Source of the DNA: Laetmonice hystrix
Taxonomy: Eukaryota
Assembly: GCA_965235115.1 (NCBI GenBank)
Contig: OZ249436.1
Coordinates: forward strand, 46,006,001-46,070,000
Direction of reading: 5' to 3'
Length of the DNA: 64,000 bases
Shown here: in pieces, positions 39,106-52,592 of the stretch
Layout: each line of letters starts with the position of its first letter
Numbering within the stretch: the first letter of the stretch is position 1
Notes under the pieces: model-generated
The model's database searches: none
The model's input: only the letters and a program-made list of their open reading frames with translations
Told to the model about the DNA's origin: nothing
Position numbers and translations under genes: made by a program

Positions 39106-40375
39106 AGGTAGTGGCACGTTTCTACGATAGCTAAGTGAGATTACGTATGAGTTCCGAGAGATAATTCCTGTACTAGCTGTTAGATTGCTGAATAGAATCT
39201 GCATAATCTGCAGAATTACATCTGCTTAACGACAAAGAGTAAATCGATTATCAGTTCCAAAAAGGATCATCACTACCAAATGATACGAGTTATGAGTATT
39301 ATCACTAAATATTTAATAAATAAATAGAATTTCCTTCCATGTAGTCATGCCTACTGTCAATGAAAGGAATGCCAACATCCATTTCACCATATTACCGTTT
39401 CCATATGACATTTCATGTTCTTCGGACATAAATGGTGTTCATTTAAACAAATTACTCCTATAACAATACCAATTATTTCGGCCTGTGCGTATGTGTTACT
39501 ATTGTACGGTACATATTAACGCACCGATTGTTCACATAAAAATAAAAATGTCAACAACAAAAGCCGGCTGATAAAGCATTCTTCTGCATGGGCCGGAATG
39601 TTAATATCAAAGAGTTATGAATGCGGCATGAGCACGCTTGGCGAGCGTCGGTTGCTTTGAATGGTTCCGTTTCTGCTCGTTTGCGGATAATTTGGGATCT
39701 CTTGTTGATGCATCATCAAGGATAAGATAAATGAATTATATTCACGACTGATATTTCTTCACAATCCTTTGGCAGTTTCATGTGTGGTGTATCGCCAGTA
39801 AACTGAGGTAATAACAGCATGCTATCATCAATATATTATATTCATTCTTGATTATCGCAACTGCAGCTAACAAGAAAAGTTGGTAAAGCGAGGAAATGGT
39901 TAGGATATATAGTTCGCCATCGTGTCCGAGTTCGGTACAGATTAGGCAAGGCACTTCCACCACCGCTATAGGAGCGTCCTGGCGGATTTAAAGACCCATC
40001 ACTGATATGCACAGACAAGTATTTATTCGTATGATAGCAGACTTAACAAAGCACGCACATATATTCAACTCTCAATAGTAAAGTGATAGATGCCAGTTAT
40101 TACCGAAAGATACGTTGGACAAATGGCCTCAAGGTCGTGTTTCAGGACCCGCCAGAGGTCAGGTCAGAGAGATTCAAGGTCAAGCCTTCTTGAGACGAGG
40201 TCTGAAGGGCGACGTGTCATGTCGGCGTCCAGGAGCGCTCTGCGGGTCGGCGAGGTTAAAGAAGTTGATGTAGACGAATACTGCTCTCATGCTCAGTCAT
40301 GATAATAGCATGTTTGTCTTGGAATGACGTATAGCCCTATTCGATCGATGCTGACCAATACAAGCCGATATATGG

Positions 40376-40620
40376 TCCAAAACAGTAGCCAATCAGCGAT
40401 GAGTAGAGAAAGAGAATAGCCCAAAAGAGTAGCCAATCAGCGATGAGTAGAGAAAGAGAATAGCCCAAAACAGTAGCCAGTCAGCGATCTGAGTAGAGAG
40501 AGAGAATGAATAGACCAAAAGAGTAGCCAATCAGCGATGAGTATAGAAAGAGAATCGCCCATAACAATGGCCAATCAGCGATGAGTATAGTGAGAAAATA
40601 GTCCAAACCAGAAGCCAGTC
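40376..40620. repeat. ~44-50-bp degenerate repeat, about 5 copies, carrying CCAAT motifs
   Basis: Unit aaaa(c/g)agtagccaatcagcgatgagtagagaaagagaatagccc. Confidence 0.85.
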
Positions 40621-43600
40621 ACCAAAGTCAATCAGCAAACGGTATAGACTGGGGCAACTCTGTACCTCGACGCAAGACCATAGCAGCAAAATATACGAGT
40701 TGTTTTTCTTGTTTTCGAGATATATGAGTTCGTAGAGTCTTAGTGAAACGAGCCCCTGGCCTAGCCTCTAGGACTACCATGGTCTATTCTCTAGGTCTAT
40801 CCTGGTATATCCTTTAGGTCTATCCTGTCGATCCTCTTGGTCTATCTTGATCTGTCCTCCAGGTCTACCCTGAACTATCCTCTCGGTCTACCCTGGTCTA
40901 TTCTCTAGGGTAATTATATTTTATCTACGTCCTAAATGGCCCATTATGATAACAGGAGAAGGCATAGGAAAATATTGGATTATCCTAATGCACTCTTAAC
41001 AAAGCACGCACATAATATTCAACTTTAACTCAGTACCGGTACGGCCTATTTGTTGAGAAGTTTGTTGATAGTGTCTATGACGCGAATCTATTCTATTCTG
41101 ACATTCATTTTTTTGAAACCCTGCATAATTTATTCGATGGACGAGGTGCCCCAAGGTCGAATTAGACGCCTCCTCTGTTTCGACCAGCAGGAGTGTCAAA
41201 ACATATTTTGAAATTGGAGGGACATGATCTTGTAATGCACCGGCCAGTTTGACCTTATCTCTCGGAGGTCAGGCCTCATCCTCGCCTCTTATATCGGAGA
41301 GTGTCAACCAACAAACTGACGCTGACACCCCAAGCTGATAGTCAACAAATCGATTTATTGTAAAAATAAAATTAAAAAAAACAAAAAACATTGGATTTTA
41401 GGTTCGACGGAATTTCATTTCATTTATTTCTTTTTCGTTTTATTTTAAGCTATATGAATAGGTGGCACTGCGTTACCTGCGTCGTAATATGTTGTGAACC
41501 TATTTTTGGAGATCTGAACAACATGGCGGAGACGCGTCAAATTCGAGAAAAATGGAATTGGAAGGTTAGCTGATAGAGACAACCCAGAGGCAGCATTCTT
41601 ATTGGACAACGGCGGTGGGCAGCTGCGGCACTTCTGTTCTATCTTAGAATGGATCTATATGAAAGTATCTCTCAACCCCCATCGGCGTCCAACCCATCGA
41701 TTCCAAAGTATGGCTTTCCCCCTCTCCCCCAAGGACTACAAGACCTACAGTCTACCCTCGGGAAGTTTTCCTGCCAAATACCCCCATCAGTGTGCGGAAT
41801 AGTTGAAGGTTTTCCACGAGACTTAAAGGTCGCCAAAGGCCGAGTTTGTGGTGAAGATGAGGTCCTGTACCAGGCATTGCCACGAGTATACCAGCTGGCA
41901 TCGAGGGGCATTGGAATGCAAATGAGAGTGTCAACAGCTTGTTAAACATACTTAAAAACCTCTCCTTGCCCACATGGTTTTTGACGCTATTGTCTCTGGA
42001 ACTGTTCCCCATACGTACTCCAGAAGGCGGTCACCAACTGGTCGGACGCCCTGGTCGCCGCCGGCGGATCAGGACCTTTTACAAGATTCCACACTTTCAT
42101 GAACTTCGAATTATTTACAGTTGTAGGCCATTTTTATTCATTACACAAGTAGCAAAAGGGTCCGCCTCAAGAGGCATACGAGCACGAGCACGAAGCTCTA
42201 CCCCAAATGACAACTTTAACAGGCTAATCCTGACACGCTGCTCTGCCCCAATGACAACTTTAACCGGCTAATCATGGCCGGTGTTGTTTTTTGTTTGTTG
42301 TTTTTTTTGTTTTTTTTTTGGGGGGGGGGGGTTGTTTTGTTTTGTTTTTTTCAAGGCACAGGGCCTGAACTACATCTCGCTTGGACTACTCACTGACTTC
42401 AGCCGACTGATTTTATCATTTATATTTGTCAGTTATGAGACGTCATGTTCGCAACGTCTCGACAAAGATGTCCAGCATTTTAACAACGCTGCTTTTGAAA
42501 ACGTTTCCGTGTTTGATGACGGCATTGTTGACCGTACAGATTCTCCGTCAGACGCAGCTTGTTTGGCCGTTGTCGTCTGCTCAGCGCGCGTCTCGATGGC
42601 GGCAGCAGAGAACGCCGGGGAGAAGGACGCGAGCAAGTCGAACGTTTGAATGGCAGTTTACCGCACAGTCAGTCCCAGAGGATATGTCATCATAGATCAT
42701 GGTCGATCGACTGTTCTCAAGCGGTGCCTCGCGAGGGGAGCTCCCTTGATGGAGAAGATACTATTGACAGACACACTTGCAGTTCTACAGGACGACGATA
42801 CTGTATCTACATAACCGCAACTTCATATTATAAGCCAACCAGCAATTGTTGTACACACATTTAATATACATAATCAGAGCCGTAACTAGCATTGATGCCT
42901 CGACTGTCATTTCCCAGATTTTTGAGGTCTGGCGTTTAAATATAACCTAATGTTGTATCAAAGGCACCTCACAATTCGTTTCTGCTACTTGTGTTTCATA
43001 TTGGCCGCTTTAAAAAAGGTTCCCAAATGTTCTGCTTTATATTAGACACTGAGAGAAATGACAGTGCCATAGCAATCGGTGTTTAGGGATTTGCCAGGGC
43101 CTCATTAACAAAACTCATCGTGTTGCTATTTTACGATCCGCGCGCATCCTTCGTTTCCTGTGGTAGCGGTGTAATTTGGCCACATTACCCTGACGTCTGG
43201 GATGGAGTAATGTTCTGTCCCTTTATGCTGACATCGTCCCATTCCAATAATCCCATTCCGAAGGACCTGGGACGCGTATCATGTAGTAAACACCGCTATC
43301 AACCCATCATGACTGGGCAGGGTTCTCCGTTTAATGTTCCGGAAGTTCCAGATCTCCCAGCTCGACCACAGTCCACGTCCCGCTGCCATGTTGGACGTAG
43401 AAGTAGTCGATGACATGTTTCAGACAAGAATTCCGAATTATTTATGCGACATTTGACGAAATACACTTCGATGACGCAAAGGTTTGCTGTACATTGTATC
43501 TTAATAGGCCCCCCCCCCCCCCCCAAACCGTTAATAAATGTTAGATTTTAAAATTCCGCCAGCTTCCATCCAAGATGTGTAACTGACACTGCTCTTGCTT

Positions 43601-44300
43601 GGATTTAGTTTTTCGTCTGCAGCGATTTCCGTATGTAGATATACTAAATTGAATTCTGACAGTCAAACGTTTTTCTGTTATTGTACAGTGCGATAAATCA
43701 CACATTGCATGGTGTCATATGAAACCTTTTTGTTCTGTATTGCTATAGTGTTCAGGATAATCATACTAATTGCGAGTACATTGTGTGATGAAGATTAAAG
43801 GGAGGGTAAACACTGACACTAGATTTGTTTTTTTTTTTAAATAGGGATGCTAGAAGCACTCTAAACATTCTTCTACCTTAAATTAGAGAAGGGTTTTGCA
43901 CTAGAGAGTTAACGCTAAAGGAATTAGCCGAAAAATGATTGCACTCAGGTGGAGGAGAGTAACCGTGTAAGTACCCGTCCCATCTCTCCAGTTGTGTGTG
44001 TCGGTTACACCATCACGGAATTCCCCTTGGCCGTATGGCCGGGCACTTGTGTCGCAACCCATCTATCGCGTTCTTTATCGGACAACCTCCGAGCCAAAGG
44101 CATCATTAGTTATTGCCCTCCCATATCCGAGTGCTTGAACCTCTCGCGCACAATAGACTCCAACTACTTGATTAATCAGCCACTGGCTGCGATACCCGGT
44201 CTGGCCCAAGATCGGGGTGGAGGGAAATAATGGGCCGCTGGTTAATTTGTCTTTCCTTCTATTTCTTATAAGTCGGTTGTCGCAAGCGCTACGTCTTCCG

Positions 44301-44472
44301 CTTCTGCTGCTGCTGCTGCTGCTTGTGCTGCTGCTGCTCCTGCTGCTGCTTCTGCTGCTTCTGCTGCTGTTTCTGCTGCTGCTGCTTCTGCTCCTCCTGC
44401 TCCTGCTCCTGCTGCTGCTTCTGCTGCTGTTTTTGCTACTTCTGCTGCTGCTGCTTTTGCTGCTGCTACTGC
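44301..44472. repeat. Imperfect (CTG)n trinucleotide repeat
   Basis: ctg/ctt/ctc triplets. Source of the poly-Leu and poly-Ser ORFs. Confidence 0.93.
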
Positions 44473-45329
44473 ACAGGCGACTGTTGATCGCTGCTACAGT
44501 GGCGGCTTGGCCGAGGATCATTCCTTTTTAGAAAGGTCTGTCATTGTGTCTTATAGGTTGAGTTATATGTTGGATACATCACAAATAATTGTTTTTAACA
44601 TGCCTGCCTTCTCTCCGCACTGTGTCTATCATCTAGGGACTGGAGATTATGACAGCGATCTATAAATAAAGATCATGTTAGGTACCTTATCTTCTTAATC
44701 CAGGCAAAGATAATGATAATTTGTGGCACCTATTCTCTGCGATGAAACGAAACACTTTAGGCGATGAATCAGGTAATAAAATTAACACCTTTTATCAGGC
44801 AATTCATGACTTATTGATTAAGTGAGACCATCATCAACATGAGGCGTGATTGATTAAAAGCTGCTGTCATAACGTTCTCTTTTATTATTTACAAACTAAC
44901 AAAATCATTGTCGACATACAAGGCCCATCAAATTTAGAAAATAATATTGAAATCTCAAGCAAGCCACAGTCAGCATGGCATGGTAGATGGCAGCTTGTAT
45001 TGATTGGGGCCAAGATTCTCGAGAGTTCATCATCATCGCCGTAAGGAGGCGGGGTTGTGTCCCCCGCGCGTTCCGACAATCGAAGAAAATTTCCAGTGTT
45101 AATGAATATATTCATGCAGAGTTGGTCTGAGAAGAGCCACCTACCCCAGGAAAGTATTAACACTTTTAACTCTCGCTGAATTGGCGGACACAAACAAACT
45201 GCTCTTCAAAACTTTCAGAATTGTGGGCCTACAGATAACCAGTGAACTATTCATGTATGTTATAACTTGTCTCATGCAGATCATTATTTCTGATATATTA
45301 CTGAAATATCCTATATTATGTCCTTCATA

Positions 45330-45760
45330 ATACAGCGTCATCATGACGAAGATACAGCGTCATCATGACGAAGATACAGCGTCACCATGACGAAGATACA
45401 GCGTCACCATGACGAAGGTACAGCGTCACCATGACGAAGGTACAGCGTCATCACGACGAAGATACAGCGTCATCATGACGAACGTACAGCGTCATCATGA
45501 CGAAGGTACAGCGTCACCATGACGAAGATACAGCGTCATCATGACGAACGTACAGCGTCATCATGACGAAGGTACAGCGTCACCATGACGAAGATACAGC
45601 GTCATCATGACGAACGTACAGCGTCATCACGACGAAGATACAGCGTCATCATGACGAAGGTACAGCGTCACCATGACGAAGGTGACGAAGGTACAGCGTC
45701 ATCATGACGAAGGTACAGCGTCATCATGACGAAGGTACAGCGTCATCATGACGAAGATAC
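45330..45760. repeat. 22-bp minisatellite, about 19 copies, with internal palindrome
   Basis: Unit (a/g)tacagcgtca(t/c)catgacgaag containing cgtca-nnn-tgacg. Confidence 0.96.
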
Positions 45761-46057
45761 AAAGAAAGTTTAGAGTGACAGTGATCTGGAATCTGCACAA
45801 ACATTTATAATCGCCTTGATTTATTCGTGAATTTATCAACAGGACGCCTCGCGAATGTGTTGATTTTAAGTTGATATGAATTGCATTTAATGCATAAAAC
45901 CATCTCATTTAGAATGAGATATGCATTTCAATGTAAATTCCAATGCCTGGAACAGTCATGTTGATAATAATTCTTGATATGGAAATTTTGGCAGAATGTA
46001 CTCGACCGGTTCATCGGTAGCAACATAATATTCTCGATCGACAAATCAGTCACATAA

Positions 46058-46866
46058 TTTTACTTTTCTAAGCATCACGCCAACAGCTGCGAAGCGCGTG
46101 GCGTGTGGTAAGTATGCTATCAACTTTACCTTTCTGAGCAATCCGCCAAGAGCTGAGAAGCGCGTGGCGTGTGGTAAGTATGCTATCAACTTTACCTTTC
46201 TGAGCAATCCGCCAACAGCTGAGAAGCGCGTGGCGTGTGGTAAGTATGCTATCAACTCTACCTTTCTAAGCATCACGCCAACAGCTGAGAAGCGCGTGGC
46301 GTGTGGTAAGTATGCTATCAACTTTACCTTTCTGAGCAATCCGCCAACAGCTGAGAAGCGCGTGGTGTGTGGTAAGTATGCTATCAACTTTACCTTTCTG
46401 AGCAATCCGCCAACAGCTGAGAAGCGCGTGGCGTGTGGTAAGTATGCTATCAACTCTACCTTTCTGAGCAATCCGCCAACAGCTGAGAAGCGCGTGGCGT
46501 GTGGTAAGTATGCTATCAACTTTACCTTTCTGAGCAATCCGCCAACAGCTGAGAAGCGCGTGGCGTGTGGTAAGTATGCTATCAACTTAACTTTCTGAGC
46601 AATCCGCCAACAGCTGAGACGCGCGTGGCGTGTGGTAAGTATGCTATCAAATTAACTTTCTGAGCAATCCGCCAACAGCTGAGACGCGCGTGGCGTGTGG
46701 TAAGTATGCTATCAACTTTACCTTTCTGAGCATCACGCCAACAGCTGAGAAGCGCGTGGCGTGTGGTAAGTATGCTATCAACTTTACCTTTCTGAGCAAT
46801 CCGCCAACAGCTGAGAAGCGCGTGGCGTGTGGTAAGTATGCTATCAACTTTACGCCAACAGCTGCT
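46058..46866. repeat. 68-69-bp minisatellite, about 11.5 copies
   Basis: Unit tttacctttctgagcaatccgccaacagctgagaagcgcgtggcgtgtggtaagtatgctatcaac. Confidence 0.97.
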
Positions 46867-47960
46867 GCTACTTTATAGTTGGACAGCATTTCTTTTATAC
46901 ATTGAAAGTAAGGCCTTATATCATTATAATTTTCAAAGGGACACAAAAAATATAATCGTAAACCACCACCACACAAGAAAATTAATACAATGGTATACAG
47001 TACATCGATCTACAGTGTTTTTAGAGTTGCGGCACAGCTAAGGTCATAAACTGAGGGGGTTAGAGGGTTAACCCCCCCCCCCCGCCCCTTGGCAACCGGT
47101 TTTTCTTTTTTCCCCTATAGACCTTTCTAGAATGACCATGCTGAACCCCCCAAAGGCAATTTGTTCCCCTAAACTCCCCCGCCCGATCGGCCCCTGCCCA
47201 GATTAAACCTACTTAATCCACAACATGCTGGGTACATCTTTGATTATAATACCGAGACAACTTAACCCCACACAACATTTTTACGGTGCCGGTACTCGTG
47301 TAACAATTGGTCCTTACTACAGTTGTTTACAGGGAATTCTCTGAAAGACTGGCGCTGCAGGAAACCATTCATGTCCAGGCCAGCCCTGTCTGCGTCTTAT
47401 TGGTGACGGTAACCTGTGAATGCTGTTCTAGCCTCACGACGAGTGTCATCTGTATGCAGATCTGGCGTCCAGGAAACAAGGATCGCAGCCTTAGGCTGTA
47501 AATACCCCCAGGGTGCATCTCAATAATCACTGGCAATCGCTAGATCTCCGGGGCTAATTAAATTTGGGTCACCTTTATAGTTTGACTTATCGACGCGACT
47601 CGCCTGGGTACAATATAGGCGTGCTGGCCGCGACATGGCGGGCTGGTACAGATATATGGAGGGCACGACAAGCGACTTCAAGCTGTACCTGGTAAGGCCC
47701 CGAGAAAGTGGCTACCAGAAAGGGTCGGGCTATCGGCTCCTACCAGCTGTATTCAAATATGTCTATACAATATAGGGTAATTTAAGATAGTTGTCTGGAT
47801 TGGGTAACTGCCCCTTCCCCCTCTCTAGAAGCTAGACGCTGGTTCTTTGGGGATGGGGGCAGCGTATAGCAGGGTGTGGCCCGAGGGACTATCGACCACA
47901 GATAAGTTGATTAGAAAATATCCTAAAAACTGAAGTTATGTGACGCATAATCTCCATATA

Positions 47961-49195
47961 TATCAGTTGGTGTGAGATTACTGTTCATGACTTACCAACT
48001 AGATCAGTTGGTGTGAGATTACTGTTCATGACTTACCTAAGATCAGTTGATGTGAGATTACTGTTCATGACTTACCAAAGATCAGTTGATGTGAGATTAC
48101 TGTTCACGACTTACCAAAGATCAGTTGGTGTGAGATTACTGTTCACGACTTACCAAAGATCAGTTGGTGTGAGATTACTGTTCACGACTTACCAAAGATC
48201 AGTTGGTGTGAGATTACTCTTCATGACTTACCAAAGATCAGTTGGTGTGAGATTACTGTTCATGACTTACCAAAGATCAGTTGGTGTGAGATTACTGTTC
48301 ATGACTTACCAATGATCAGTTGGTGTGAGATTACTGTTCATGACTTACCAAAGGTCAGTTGGTGTGAGATTACTGTTCACGACTTACCTAAGATCAGTTG
48401 GTGTGAGATTACTGTTCACGACTTACCAATGATCAGTTGGTGTGAGATTACTGTTCATGACTTACCAAAGATCAGTTGGTGTGAGATTACTGTTCATGAC
48501 TTACCTAAGATCAGTTGGTGTGAGATTACTGTTCATGACTTACCAACTAGATCAGTTGGTGTGAGATTACTGTTCATGACTTACCTAAGATCAGTTGGTG
48601 TGAGATTACTGTTCACGACTTACCAAAGATCAGTTGGTGTGAGATTACTGTTCATGACTTACCTAAGATCAGTTGGTGTGAGATTACTGTTCACGACTTA
48701 CCAAAGATCAGTTGGTGTGAGATTACTGTTCATGACTTACCAAAGATCAGTTGGTGTGAGATTACTGTTCATGACTTACCAACTAGATCAGTTGGTGTGA
48801 GATTACTGTTCATGACTTACCAAAGATCAGTTGGTGTGAGATTACTGTTCATGACTTACCAACTAGATCAGTTGGTGTGAGATTACTGTTCATGACTTAC
48901 CAAAGATCAGTTGGTGTGAGATTACTGTTCATGACTTACCAACTAGATCAGTTGGTGTGAGATTACTGTTCATGACTTAACAAAGATCAGTTGGTGTGAG
49001 ATTACTGTTCATGACTTACCAAAGGTCAGTTGGTGTTAGATTACTGTTCACGACTTACCAAAAGTCAGTTGGTGTGAGATTACTGTTCACGACTTACCAA
49101 AGATCAGTTGGTGTGAGATTACTGTTCACGACTTACCAAAGATCAGTTGGTGTGAGGTTACTGTTCATAACTTACCAAAGATCAGTTGGTGTGAG
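47961..49195. repeat. 39/41-bp minisatellite, about 31 copies
   Basis: Unit gatcagttggtgtgagattactgttca(t/c)gacttaccaaa. Confidence 0.97.
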
Positions 49196-49890
49196 AAGAC
49201 TTTCTTTTATAGTCAGTTTTATCTTCTCCCAGAGATGAACTGATGTGAGTTGTGAGATAATTGTGTTCCGCTGTTACTAGCTTCATGACGGAAAGATAAG
49301 TTGATGTGAGAAGACTCTTTCCTTCTGCAATCTTCCAAACCTGTTTGATCTGTCATCTTGTGCAAGGCGGCAAAGAATCGTGTAAAGACATATTCTGCTT
49401 GATCTGACGTCAGAGCCTGAGGTCTTGCCTGTACCGTAGTATCTAACATCACCTGTCAATGTCCGAGATGGTTGCCATCCGACAGCCCTTGTGAAGCGTT
49501 TTTAAAGTTGACAAAGACCGAGCTATAATTCCTCGTCCAGGCATGTGATAAGTTCTCGCTTGAGTTTGCTTTCCATCGGGTGTTATTGGCGGCTACCATG
49601 CTGAAATCGCTCACAAGGTCGTAACAAATGAAGATTCTCAGACAGATGAGTCCATGACAATTGCGTCCCAAGTCATCTTTTCTCATCCGAGCGCTTACCA
49701 GGCCTTTCGGAATTTGTTGGGGGTTGTTTCTTCGTTTTGTTTTTGTTTTTGCGTGGGGAGAGGGCAATTTGAGTAGGCCTAAGCAAGAAAATATTCTACC
49801 TTTCACACATATTTATCAGAGGGAAATCAGAGATACTTGCTCTCTCACGGTTTTTCCGTGGCGTCAGAAAACACAAGATGTGCTTAGAGC

Positions 49891-50338
49891 GAGTTTGGGT
49901 ATTCACGAGGTATGCTTGCTGAGTTTGGGTATTCACGAGGTATGCTTGCTGAGTTTGGGTATTCACGAGGTATTCTTGCTGAGTTTGGGTATTCACAAGG
50001 TATGCTTGCTGAGTTTGGGTATTCACGAGGTATGCTTGCTGAGTTTGGGTATTCACGAGGTATTCTTGCTGAGTTTGGGTATTCACGAGGTATGCTTGCT
50101 GAGTTTGGGTATTCACGAGGTATGCTTGCTGAGTTTGGGTATTCACGAGGTATGCTTGCTGAGTTTGGGTATTCACGAGGTATGCTTGCTGAGTTTGGGT
50201 ATTCACGAGGTATGCTTGCTGAGTTTGGGTATTCACGAGGTATGCTTGCTGAGTTTGGGTATTCACGAGGTATGCTTGCTGAGTTTGGGTATTCACGAGG
50301 TATTCTTGCTGAGTTTGGGTACGAGGTATGCTTGCTGA
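49891..50338. repeat. 30-bp minisatellite, about 15 copies
   Basis: Unit gagtttgggtattcacgaggtatgcttgct, near-identical copies. Confidence 0.97.
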
Positions 50339-50750
50339 GAACGCCGAGAATAGGTGCGGTCTATGGGTTTATCCTTAGGTGTTTTAGTTATGCTAAAGTA
50401 ACAGAATTATAACGAAGGCCGTCCCTGGCCGGCCTTCACATCTCTCTCCTGGGAAATTAACCAAGAATTGAGAAGTGGAATGGTAGGACAGTCACCAAAA
50501 CGTATTACTGAGTATTTATGTAGGCATGCCAGTATCATTTCGCTACCCTCCCTCGGATGGATACTGATCAGTCGGAAACGGAATATTGCGGAAGACTTAT
50601 CCACGCGGCTGCGTAAAGCGGACAAGAATGATGCTTTTCACGGTTATCTATCGTAGCGTGACGTGTTTGAAAATGAAATTTATTTTTATCAGTAATCAGA
50701 GGGCAATAAAGCATTTTGCGCTTAAATTCACGAGAAAATTAAACACATTT

Positions 50751-50903
50751 CAGGCGCCTGTCGGGCCCCCCCCCCTGCTCAGAGCCACCATTTTTTTGTT
50801 ATAAGCTGATAATAATGCACGCCTTCGGCGCTTCCGATGTGGGGCTTTGACCACCATATCGTCGACCCCGCCCCCCTTGCGAAAAGTCCTGGACACGCGC
50901 CTG
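50751..50903. mobile_element. CAG-ended MITE with 5-bp TSD (cattt), hAT-like
   Basis: caggcgcctgtc ... gacacgcgcctg, with cattt at 50746-50750 and 50904-50908. Confidence 0.72.
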
Positions 50904-52500
50904 CATTTAGAAGGTAGAAAAATATCCCTTGCCATATTTTTTCGATAAGATTGCCTCCCGGTAAACGGTGTCCTACCACACGTTGTTCAATTAAGAATCT
51001 CAACCTGAATAAAATGAAATTCTGTTAAAATTTTGTTAAAATGATTTCGTTTTATCACGTGATAAAGGTTACTACATTATGTCGTGATAAAGGTAACATT
51101 ATTCAAAGGGAAAGTACCGAGATAATAATTGTGCAGAAAAATACGTCTATCTTTTTCAGGACCATGGTGACCAACATATCACACAAATATCATTATTTTC
51201 CTGCGAATACCACCAAACTAAAACAAAATGGGAAAACTTAATGGAAAATATGCCAACAGTATATTGTCCGCCAGAAAGCACTTTCAGTCCGGTAATTGGA
51301 CTTATTCGCTAAACTGCATTTTGTTATTTCACTGTAATGAAGTGACGTGAACACGTGAAAGGAACTTAATTTTAATGAGTTATTCTGACATTCACATCCG
51401 ACTTTTTGTCATAACCTGACTCTCATCTCAATTCATCACCATTATCAGGACAACTTGTTTTATTACACGTCCTTCAGAGAGAAGTGTTCACATCGGCAGA
51501 AGAACCTGAACGTTTAAAAAAAACTGGCAAGGCAGAAGACAGTTAAGGTTAACACAACCCCATCCTTTAAACACGAAGATTTACACTGTAAAGTGAAAGA
51601 GCATCAGAACGGACTCCCATCCTACATCCTATGCTAGAGTTTACAGTGCAGAGTTTACAGTGTAGGGCTGTAGGTAACGCACTGTCGTGCCTTGCCCTTG
51701 CATGACATTCAACCAGCTCAATTTCCAAGGGATCTGTTACTTTTCGGAGACGGAAGATTGCAGGGCTTTTTGATAGCTCATGACATTGGTGCACGTTTAG
51801 AATGGGGAGCTAATTTACGACTGTGAACTAATGTACTCTGGGGGAGGCACTTCCGATATCAAATTACATGTGGCCTATTATACTTCAAGCACCTCGAAAA
51901 GATCCACGCATGGGTGCATTTGTAACCGTATCCTGCATCCTCTATTATAAATACAACCTCCCGTCGGGATAATATCTGGGCATGAAGCCGGGCAATACAC
52001 TAATCCTTTCGAGAGATGGTCATTATCGTTTTACCGAATCTCTTTCTCTGTCTCTGTCTCTTCTTAGTCTGATCCTTAGGTTTATATTGACTACGTATAT
52101 ATATGGAGCCTGGTGAAGGCTAATCGAAGCGAGCATTGTGATTGGCCCATCGAAAACATGGACGCAAACGAGGTAGATCCGTACCCTCCGTATTTCTCCA
52201 ACAAGATACAGATATATTTTTGTCAATCCCTTTAAAATACAAGTGTTAAATGTCCTCGCTTTTCTGAATGTAAACATAGCGTCATCGGTCCCCACACCTG
52301 CTACGGTCTGCATAGGCCTACACGCAGGCATGTTGGCCACTCCCGGCCACGCTCCAAGCAGAGGTCGGTCACTCTCTTAACGCTGACCAACGGACGGAAG
52401 CGGAAGTGCTTGGAGTTTAATCACTTCCGTTTCGCGGCCTTCTGACAGCCAGCACCTGACCTTAAACATAGCGGATACGTCTGGTAGGCAAGGGACCAGG

Positions 52501-52525
52501 CTATCTCTCTTCTCTCCCTCTCTCT

Positions 52526-52588
<63 letters not shown>

Positions 52589-52592
52589 CGCG
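52501..52592. repeat. (CT)n tract followed by (CG)10
   Basis: Directly visible. The alternating CG run spans 52573-52592. Confidence 0.93.

Noticed and set aside
39778..39963. Hydrophobic minus-strand ORF as the nAChR signal-peptide exon
   Set aside because: It lacks a suitable ATG before the hydrophobic stretch and has no convincing phase-2 donor before the stop.
42426..42695. GC-richer patch with ORFs on both strands, including a phase-2 minus-strand donor near 42661
   Set aside because: The candidate MMTYPLGLTVR is too short for a signal peptide, and the other frames match no family I recognise.
44075..44531. Poly-Leu (signal-peptide-like) and poly-Ser ORFs
   Set aside because: A (CTG)n microsatellite. 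The poly-Leu frame is on the wrong strand for the nAChR gene.
46046..50412. Repetitive ORFs from the 69-, 39- and 30-bp arrays
   Set aside because: Triplet-length units leave frames open on both strands by chance. There is no recognisable protein and no codon-position bias is evident.
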